5,853 nt of DNA from the IMG/VR virus record IMGVR_UViG_3300012983_001310. One strand, 5' to 3'. The notes below the pieces were generated by a model. That model saw nothing but the letters and a program-made list of their open reading frames with translations. It did no database searches and had not been told where the DNA came from. The stretch's first letter is position 1; each line of letters begins with the position of its first letter. Positions 1 to 5,727 of this stretch are shown one piece after another. This stretch comes from a virus. Lineage: Duplodnaviria; Heunggongvirae; Uroviricota; Caudoviricetes. Made by a program: the position numbers and the translations under genes.

Positions 1-1786
1 AGCTAATCGCCCCGATGGCCGTCATAACAGCACTGCCAACCGTCGTGAAGATTGCCCCCATTGCGCCTGCTGCCGCGATGATGGCATTGATGCCAGTGAT
101 AACCGGCCAGGCTACAAGACCAATGGCACCGATGATGCCAGTAAGCGCCAGCGCGCCACCGGCAATGATGCCAATGGTTGACGCCAGTGATTTGTTTTTC
201 TGTATCCAGCCGTCGAGTTTTAACACATACTTTGTGGCCGTCTGTGTGAGCTTACGCAGTGCGCCTTCCTGCTGGTCAAACAGGTCTGTCCCCACCGCCT
301 CATAAGCGGACTGAAACTCCTTAAAGTCACCGCCGAGGTTGTCCTGCATGATATTTACCAGCTCGGCAGTCTTCCCGTCTGAGGCTTTAAACGCAGCGGT
401 CAGTTTGTCCAGCTTTCCGGTTGAGGCGGCAGTCATCAGCACGGCGGCGGCTGAGCTGGCCTCCTCCCCGAAAATAGTTTTCATGTATTCAGCCTGCTGG
501 GCAGTACCGAGCCGGTTTTTCTCAAAACTGGCCTGCATTTCTTTCAGAATGGTAAATACTGGTCGGGTGTTTCCCTTGCTGTCTGAGGTTTTCACTCCAA
601 GCTCTTTGAGTGCATCCCATGCTTTTCCCGTCGGTGCCTGCAGGCGGCTTAACACGGCACGGCTTCCCGTCCCCGCCATTGAGCCTGTGATTTTTGCATC
701 ATGCAGCGCCCCGACCATTGCGGCGGTTTCTTCAATGCTGACACCGGCATTTTTTGCCACAGGTGCGGCATAGGTCAGCGCATCGCTCATGCCGTCAAAA
801 TCGGCGGCGGTTTTGTTCATCGTCATGGAGAGAACATCCCCGATATGAGCGACCTTATCGTTTGAAAGCTGAAAGGCGGATTTCATCCCCATCAGCAGGG
901 CGGCGTTTTCTTCCATCGTGCGGCGGTTCGCCAGCGCCATATTCAGCGTGACCGGCGTTGCCGCCTGAATGGCATCAACATCCCCACCCGCTTTCGCGAT
1001 GATTATCTGTGCACCGGCCGCATCATCCGCCGAGGCTGCGGTATTGTCACCGAGCTGGCGCGCCTGTTTGCGTAGTGCGGTCATTTCGGCGGAGTCTTTT
1101 GCCACTCCGAGCACGGCCTGCAATTCTGAGTTTTTCTGCGCAAACTCATAACCGGGCATCAGCAACTTAACTCCGGCCATCGTTCCCGCAGCAGCAATCC
1201 CCACACCGGCAGCGCCCACTGAGGCCATATTTCCGGCCAGTTCCTTTCCGGCCTGATAACGCTGTTTTACTGCGTTAAGTTTTGCCTGTTGTGCACTGAC
1301 ACGCGCCAGCGCGTCACGCTGACGGTTAAGCTGTGCGGTGGTTTCACTGATACGGTTTTTCAGTCCCTGCTCATCATGTGCAAGATTGCGGGTATTAATT
1401 CCCACAGCGGCCAGTTCCCGCTGCTGGCGTTTAATGGAATCTGTCAGGCGGTTATATTTCGCCTGTAAGTCCTCCGCCGCACGCTTTGCGGATTCCAGCA
1501 CTTTCGCCTGAGCACGGGTCGGACGTTCAGTGTTTTTAAACTGTGTGGCAAGGGCTTCGGCTTCCTGCCGTGCCTTTTCAAGTGCATGACCAGTCACGGC
1601 AAGCTGTGCGCTGGTCTTGCGAAATCCCTCAATACGGGATGCGTGACCGTTCAGCTCGCGCAGTGATTTTTGTGTTTCCCGGATATCCCCCGACAGCGAC
1701 TTACTCGCTGTGCGGATGGATTTAAACGGGCGGGATGCCTGGTCAACAGCCCTGAGCAATACCTGTAATTTTACATTGTTACTCAT
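1..1786 (-). CDS. T: Tail tape measure protein, N-terminal ~595 codons; C-terminus lies beyond the left edge of the window
   Basis: Minus-strand frame open from ATG at 1786..1784 to the window edge. My translation begins MSNNVKLQVLLRAVDQASRPFKSIRTASKSLSGD, which I recognise as the P2 gpT N-terminus, followed by a coiled-coil-like region and Ala/Gly-rich hydrophobic stretches typical of tape measure proteins. Position is immediately downstream of E/E', as in the P2 FI-FII-E-T operon. Not in the ORF track because it is truncated by the window. Confidence 0.9.
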   Translation of the reverse strand, partial: MSNNVKLQVLLRAVDQASRPFKSIRTASKSLSGDIRETQKSLRELNGHASRIEGFRKTSAQLAVTGHALEKARQEAEALATQFKNTERPTRAQAKVLESAKRAAEDLQAKYNRLTDSIKRQQRELAAVGINTRNLAHDEQGLKNRISETTAQLNRQRDALARVSAQQAKLNAVKQRYQAGKELAGNMASVGAAGVGIAAAGTMAGVKLLMPGYEFAQKNSELQAVLGVAKDSAEMTALRKQARQLGDNTAASADDAAGAQIIIAKAGGDVDAIQAATPVTLNMALANRRTMEENAALLMGMKSAFQLSNDKVAHIGDVLSMTMNKTAADFDGMSDALTYAAPVAKNAGVSIEETAAMVGALHDAKITGSMAGTGSRAVLSRLQAPTGKAWDALKELGVKTSDSKGNTRPVFTILKEMQASFEKNRLGTAQQAEYMKTIFGEEASSAAAVLMTAASTGKLDKLTAAFKASDGKTAELVNIMQDNLGGDFKEFQSAYEAVGTDLFDQQEGALRKLTQTATKYVLKLDGWIQKNKSLASTIGIIAGGALALTGIIGAIGLVAWPVITGINAIIAAAGAMGAIFTTVGSAVMTAIGAIS

Positions 1787-2206
1787 TCGTGTTTCCGCTT
1801 CGCCGGAGCGCCTTTTCGCGCCATGTGATGAGTTCGGTCAGGCTCATGGGATACAGTTCTGATGGCGGCCAGTGAAATATCACTGCCACATCCGCCATCA
1901 GGTCATCGACCGAGAGATTTTTCGGGAACGTTACTGCACCGAGTTCGGCGACAAAAAACCGACCACCTTACCGGCCAGCGCCACAAGGTCAGGCAGTTCC
2001 AGCGCGGCGACTTCCTGCTCGGTCAGCATCGGTGCCGTCATGCGCGGCAGCACCTTAATCAGTGCATCGACTTCGGAGTTCGCGACCGCAGCCAGACTGA
2101 CACCGCGCAGCGTCCCGGCATTAGGTTTCATCAGCGTGACCTGTTCGATAACCTGCTCACCACGCTTGACCGGATTGTCCAGGGTAATCACATTTTCTTT
2201 GTTCAT
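1779..2206 (-). CDS. E+E': Tail assembly chaperone E+E' (142 aa), made by -1 programmed ribosomal frameshift at 1952-1958
   Basis: After a -1 slip on T_TTT_TTG, I translated the new frame by hand: it stays open for 57 codons (VAELGAVTFPKNLSVDDLMADVAVIFHWPPSELYPMSLTELITWREKALRRSGNTNE) and ends at TAA 1781..1779. 85 + 57 = 142 aa, the size known for P2 E+E'. The E' stop overlaps the T start (ATGAGTAA). Confidence 0.75.
1931..2206 (-). CDS. E: Tail assembly chaperone gpE (91 aa), zero-frame product
   Basis: 91-aa ORF (MNKENVITLDNPVKRGEQVIEQVTLMKPNAGTLRG...GFLSPNSVQ) with ATG at 2206 and TAA at 1931-1933. Size and position between the tube gene and the tape measure gene match P2 gpE. Contains the slippery heptamer near its 3' end. 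Confidence 0.9.
   Translation of the reverse strand: MNKENVITLDNPVKRGEQVIEQVTLMKPNAGTLRGVSLAAVANSEVDALIKVLPRMTAPMLTEQEVAALELPDLVALAGKVVGFLSPNSVQ
1952..1958 (-). other. Slippery heptamer T_TTT_TTG for the -1 frameshift (plus strand reads caaaaaa)
   Basis: Minus strand reads GGT TTT TTG TCG in the E frame, so the X_XXY_YYZ heptamer is T_TTT_TTG, placed 6 codons before the E stop. The chaperone/tape-measure frameshift is a conserved feature of tailed phages and is described for the P2 E/E' pair. Confidence 0.75.
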
Positions 2207-2262
2207 GGTTTTCTCACTTCTGAATCGGGGTTAACCGGTCAGCCAGGCTGACCGGATGAAAA

Positions 2263-2781
2263 TCACAGGCCGATATTGCGGCGGTGTTGCTCCAGCCGGT
2301 CGACGCCGTTCACCTTCTCAATCATGTTGATGGTGTCGATTTCGACCAGCTCCTTACCGTCCATCGTCAGCCGGAAATAGGTGCAGACCACGGAGATTTT
2401 CGACTCGGTGTCTTCTCCCTGTTTGCCCTCGCCGGTGTCGATTTCTTTCTGACGTCCACGCATGACCACCTCGACGGCCACCGTTTCGCCGGTATCGTCG
2501 CGCTGGTAAGAGCCTGCAAAACGAATCGGTACGGAATCCACACCGGTTGCGGCGTAAAGCTCCCAGATAACCGAATCCGGGAAGCCACCGAGCGACCACT
2601 CCATTGACAGCGCATCGTCATCAAGGCCGAGGTCTACCGGTGCGCTGCCGTTCATCCCCGCACCGCGATAGTTTTCGAGCTTACGGGTCAGTTTTGGTAG
2701 CGTGACGGACTTCGCGACGCCCTGATAGCTGTAGCCGTTCAGAAAGACGTTCATTAACTTGAGTTTGCGCGGCATTGCCAT
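2263..2781 (-). CDS. FII: Major tail tube protein gpFII (172 aa)
   Basis: 172-aa ORF (MAMPRKLKLMNVFLNGYSYQGVAKSVTLPKLTRKLENYRGAG...) recognised as P2 gpFII. ATG at 2781 is preceded by GGAG with an 8-nt spacer (minus strand GGAGCCTGACCG-ATG). Lies directly downstream of the sheath gene with a 12-nt gap. Confidence 0.93.
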   Translation of the reverse strand: MAMPRKLKLMNVFLNGYSYQGVAKSVTLPKLTRKLENYRGAGMNGSAPVDLGLDDDALSMEWSLGGFPDSVIWELYAATGVDSVPIRFAGSYQRDDTGETVAVEVVMRGRQKEIDTGEGKQGEDTESKISVVCTYFRLTMDGKELVEIDTINMIEKVNGVDRLEQHRRNIGL

Positions 2782-2793
2782 CGGTCAGGCTCC

Positions 2794-3984
2794 TTAATTG
2801 CTGTTAACCGAGGTGACCAGATTTGCCAGGTATTTATCGGTAATACGCTGGCGCAGGGTCAGGTTTTCAAGAGGAGGCACCGGTGTATAGTCGTAGTCGA
2901 TATACAGTTTTCCGGCCTTGAGGGTTTCCGCATCGTTGGATTCTTCGCTGAACCAGCAGGTCGCATCCACGATATAGCCGTTTGTTTTCAGCTCACGGAA
3001 TTTGGCATTGATGCCGTCAACGATGTCGCGAATCAGCGTTGCGGTGATGGGCTTGTCCACCGCCCACATGTGCGCCTCAGCCATCGTGTCGGCCATCACC
3101 TGCGCGGTGCGGGTGTAGTTTTCAAAGAGGAACAGCGGGTCATCAGAGCAGGTACGGTTACCCCAGAATCGGAAACCGTCGCGGCGAATCAGCGTAGTGA
3201 CGCCTGACTTGTTAAGCAGGTCAGCATCGGTGCCGGACTCCTGCAAATCCCAGAATACAGATGCGCTGATGCCGGTAACACCGTTTACCCCGACGTTGGA
3301 CAGCGTTTTATGCCAGCCCTGCTCCTGGTCGATTTTAGCGCGCAGACCCAGCGCACGGGCGGTGGCATACGCGGTGGCGGTGGTGCTGCTGACCGTATCC
3401 CATGCGAGGAAATCCGGCCAGATGACCATCAGCTCACGCTGGCTGAAATTCTGACGGTAGGCTTTCACCTCGGAAATGGTTTTACAGCCCCATGCGCTGA
3501 TATACCCGAAAGCGCGCAGCTTCTGACAGACTGATGCCAGTGCAACAGCCACCTCTTTGGTGTCCAGTCCCGGCACGCCGAGAATACGCGGTTTAACACC
3601 GGTTACCGACTCCGCCGCCAGCAGGGCTTTCAGTCCGGTGTACTGACCGTTTTCGTCGGTGGTGCCGATGATATTGGAAACGGTCTGCGCGAGTTTCGTT
3701 TCCTCGTCGTCGCCGGTGCCGTCTTCCACACGCACGACAACGGTGACCGGTTTTGACTGGTCGGCGATAGCCTGCAACGATGCCGCCAGCGTGCCTTTTT
3801 TACCGGCCTTTGCAATTGCGCTCTGCACATTGGTAATCAGCACAGGTTTATTGAGGGGGAAGGTTTCCGCATCCGCATCGCTGGCCGTGCAGACCATGCC
3901 GACAATGGCAGTGGATACGGTGGAAATGACGCGGGTGCCGTCGTTAATCTCCAGCACCTGCACGCCGTGATGATAGTCACTCAT
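2794..3984 (-). CDS. FI: Contractile tail sheath protein gpFI (396 aa)
   Basis: 396-aa ORF (MSDYHHGVQVLEINDGTRVISTVSTAIVGMVCTASDADAETFPLNKPVLITNVQ...) recognised as P2 gpFI; the length matches. ATG at 3984 is preceded by GGAG (minus strand CCACGGAGTTAAACGG-ATG). GC-rich coding sequence. Confidence 0.95.
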   Translation of the reverse strand: MSDYHHGVQVLEINDGTRVISTVSTAIVGMVCTASDADAETFPLNKPVLITNVQSAIAKAGKKGTLAASLQAIADQSKPVTVVVRVEDGTGDDEETKLAQTVSNIIGTTDENGQYTGLKALLAAESVTGVKPRILGVPGLDTKEVAVALASVCQKLRAFGYISAWGCKTISEVKAYRQNFSQRELMVIWPDFLAWDTVSSTTATAYATARALGLRAKIDQEQGWHKTLSNVGVNGVTGISASVFWDLQESGTDADLLNKSGVTTLIRRDGFRFWGNRTCSDDPLFLFENYTRTAQVMADTMAEAHMWAVDKPITATLIRDIVDGINAKFRELKTNGYIVDATCWFSEESNDAETLKAGKLYIDYDYTPVPPLENLTLRQRITDKYLANLVTSVNSN

Positions 3985-4078
3985 CCGTTTAACTCCGTGG
4001 TTAATGGGTGCAACTATTTTCTGTTGTGCAGAGCATGAGACGCTATTTGACCTGGCTGGTCAGTGGATGAAACAACAG

Positions 4079-4107
4079 ATAAAGAAAAGGCGGGCAATTC
4101 GCCCGCC
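4079..4107 (-). terminator. Rho-independent terminator downstream of the cargo ORF, oriented for minus-strand transcripts
   Basis: Minus strand reads GGCGGGC-GAATT-GCCCGCC (perfect 7-bp GC stem, 5-nt loop) followed directly by TTTTCTTTAT. On the plus strand the same hairpin is followed by a poor T-tract, so it is mainly unidirectional. It lies ~175 nt past the cargo stop and ~95 nt before the FI start. Confidence 0.6.
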
Positions 4108-4282
4108 TGTCCTGATTTGTACTCACTCATTTTCCAACTGACTATTTACATAGTCCAAACGCTATCAAATCTGACTGTCTGCTTTGAGCGAGGTGCTGAC
4201 ATCCGCATGAATGTATGGAGCTGCCGCACACTCTAAAAATGATAGAACGTCTATATATTAATTATCCCTAAGTCCAGTTTCA

Positions 4283-4810
4283 TTAATCAATTTTATTACT
4301 TTTACCTGCAACCTTTTTATTATAGTGATAATAAGAAATAGCACTAGCAAAATAGGATTTTGTCATCGATACGAAAAAACCCAACAAATCTGCCATGTTA
4401 TCAATATCAATATTTGGTTTGGTTTTACTGGCTTTAGTAATCTTCATGTAGAAGTCCACAAACTTACTTTTTTCTTTATCCGTAATCTGATAATTCAATT
4501 GATGACTGATTTTATTTCTTATGCTGTTAAAGTCTTTTATTCTTAAATATATTTCATCATAAGGGGGTTTTGCAGGCTCATGTTGTATTAAAGCTATTTT
4601 TTGTGAAAATGTGAGTTTTGCATCACCCCAAGCTAACGAAGGATATCTTAATCCAAGATAATCAGTAATATACTTTTCAAGGCTCAAGTGCGCAGTAAGA
4701 AAGGCACCTATGAAGGCAACGTCAACCCCATCAACACGTTCCCATATGCTTTCATTTTCATCAGTCATACCTGTATACACAGCAGTTGATGCAAGATCTT
4801 TCCAGTCCAT
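4283..4810 (-). CDS. Hypothetical 175-aa cargo protein in an AT-rich island; candidate lysogenic-conversion or anti-phage defence gene; HEPN-like R-x4-H motif is speculative
   Basis: 528-nt ORF in DNA of roughly 25-28% G+C (my hand counts on 60-nt samples), where stop codons are frequent and long ORFs are unlikely by chance. ATG at 4810 is the first possible start (in-frame TAA two codons upstream) and is preceded by AAGGA with a 6-nt spacer. Same strand as the tail genes, flanked by its own terminator. Predicted product is largely helical by eye; R98-N-K-I-S-H103 is encoded at 4502..4519. Confidence 0.8.
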   Translation of the reverse strand: MDWKDLASTAVYTGMTDENESIWERVDGVDVAFIGAFLTAHLSLEKYITDYLGLRYPSLAWGDAKLTFSQKIALIQHEPAKPPYDEIYLRIKDFNSIRNKISHQLNYQITDKEKSKFVDFYMKITKASKTKPNIDIDNMADLLGFFVSMTKSYFASAISYYHYNKKVAGKSNKID

Positions 4811-4845
4811 GCTTTATCCTTTTAAAGGTGAATTTAACGAGTTTA

Positions 4846-4874
4846 ACTTTATCTCAACTCAATACTTATCTCAA
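4846..4874 (-). promoter_or_regulatory. Candidate sigma70 promoter for the cargo ORF: -35 TTGAGA (4874..4869), 17-nt spacer, -10 TAAAGT (4851..4846)
   Basis: Read on the minus strand: TTGAGA is a 5/6 match to TTGACA and TAAAGT a 4/6 match to TATAAT, with 17-nt spacing. Predicted start near 4839 gives a ~30-nt leader to the ATG at 4810. Two copies of TTGAGATAA overlap the -35 and the -10. AT-rich DNA gives many chance matches, so confidence is low. Confidence 0.3.
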
Positions 4875-5199
4875 AATTTATGAGTAGAAATAACATCCAC
4901 AAAAAACTATTAAAGCCCTTTTACCTCTTATTATTGATGAAAATGTACATTTTTATAATGAATGTCGAAGAACCTCCTCAGTGGAACTATCAACTACACA
5001 TTGCAAGACTAGAGTATGTGCAAACCTTTTGACAAGGTTCTGAAATATTCATGGTGGCCTTATTATATCAATTTATCTTCACTTTATACATTAACATAGC
5101 ATGATGTTGATAATGTCCGCTCCTAGCACAGAGCGGACTGTCAGATTAGGCCTTACTCTGTACTATAGCTATGTTAACTAACACAAGAGATCATATCAC

Positions 5200-5727
5200 T
5201 TATTGCGGCATTTCCGGCCATTCAGGATTTGCAGGATCCACACGGCTGACCAGAACACAGTAGCGTTCCCATGCTTCCAGTCGGCTACGCTCCTCATCTG
5301 TTGCCATGTTCAGTCTGACAGCGCGCTCCAGTGGCTGAATAACGCTTTCCGCTTCGGAAAGTAACGCGGCCTTTTGTGATTCTGCCTGTTGTTGCTGTTC
5401 GTCTGCCGTATAAATCCGCTTAATCACGGCACCATCCTTAAACATCCATTTACCTGAGTCATCAGCACGTCGGTTGGCGGTAATATCAGGAACCTCGACA
5501 ACGTTAAAACCTTCAGGGTTAAGCGTTGAAGCATCCCTGGTGATGCCGACAATTATATTATTCTCATCGTAAACAATCTTTATCGTGTCCTCCTGAAAAT
5601 TACTTACTTCCTCATACCAGTTTTTTCCCTCTTCGGACCATAACCAGATAACATCAAAATTTTTTGTCAGTTGATATTGGGCAACAGTTTTTGGATTACC
5701 CGCAGTAATATTTTTTAAATGCTGCAT
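5200..5727 (-). CDS. G: Tail fibre assembly protein gpG (175 aa)
   Basis: From ATG 5727 the product is [40 protein letters not shown]...[30 protein letters not shown], recognised as P2 gpG / Mu U family with the characteristic C-terminal W-x-RY-x-V-L-x-RVD...EWP motif; 175 aa matches P2 gpG. The ORF-track start at 5814 is a TTG with no Shine-Dalgarno. The frame is open upstream to the window edge, so the true start is not fully certain. Confidence 0.85.
   Translation of the reverse strand: MQHLKNITAGNPKTVAQYQLTKNFDVIWLWSEEGKNWYEEVSNFQEDTIKIVYDENNIIVGITRDASTLNPEGFNVVEVPDITANRRADDSGKWMFKDGAVIKRIYTADEQQQQAESQKAALLSEAESVIQPLERAVRLNMATDEERSRLEAWERYCVLVSRVDPANPEWPEMPQ

Noticed and set aside
15-1725. 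Plus-strand ORFs of 60-144 aa (15..305, 339..773, 754..951, 969..1151, 1543..1725) lying opposite the tape measure gene
   Set aside because: They are antisense to a confidently identified, recognisable gene in GC-rich DNA where spurious open frames are common. Several start at TTG, none has a Shine-Dalgarno, and their products are low-complexity Ala/Pro/Arg-rich strings.
1862-2624. Overlapping ORFs across E and FII (1862..2251 +, 1872..2234 +, 2284..2607 +, 2354..2599 -, 2367..2624 -)
   Set aside because: These are alternate-frame or antisense ORFs inside the E and FII genes. The Arg-rich translations are typical of out-of-frame reading of GC-rich coding sequence.
3197-3970. ORFs inside or opposite the sheath gene (3197..3454 +, 3310..3534 +, 3659..3970 +, 3630..3830 -)
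   Set aside because: They are fully nested within gpFI in other frames, with no independent translation signals.
4025-4042. Near-match to the Ogr-type late-promoter dyad (tgt-N12-acg) upstream of FI
   Set aside because: It has one mismatch to TGT-N12-ACA and is centred only about 50 nt from the FI ATG, leaving no room for a -10, a start site and the RBS. Kept as an open question in findings rather than called as a promoter.
4286-4312. C-terminal VAGKS in the cargo protein, resembling the end of a Walker A P-loop
   Set aside because: The full GxxxxGK[ST] pattern is absent (Asn where the first Gly should be), and it sits at the extreme C-terminus with no downstream Walker B.
4325-4546. 73-aa plus-strand ORF antisense to the cargo gene
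   Set aside because: It lies entirely inside the better-supported 175-aa minus-strand ORF, has no RBS, and its product is a low-complexity Ile/Phe/Asn-rich translation of AT-rich antisense sequence.
4954-5030. Short plus-strand ORF (ATG at 4957, about 24 codons) and a ~20-codon minus-strand ORF (ATG 5053..5051) in the spacer upstream of the cargo gene
   Set aside because: Both are very short, lack a Shine-Dalgarno, and are of a length expected by chance; coding cannot be supported without conservation data.
5029-5034. Consensus -35 hexamer TTGACA on the plus strand
   Set aside because: No acceptable -10 follows at 16-18 nt spacing (tggtgg), and it points away from every supported gene.
4116-5163. 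Possible short direct repeats flanking the island (tgtact at 4118-4123 and 5158-5163) as target-site duplications
   Set aside because: Only 6 bp match, which is expected by chance over 1 kb. There are no terminal inverted repeats and no transposase or integrase, so nothing supports a mobile-element insertion.
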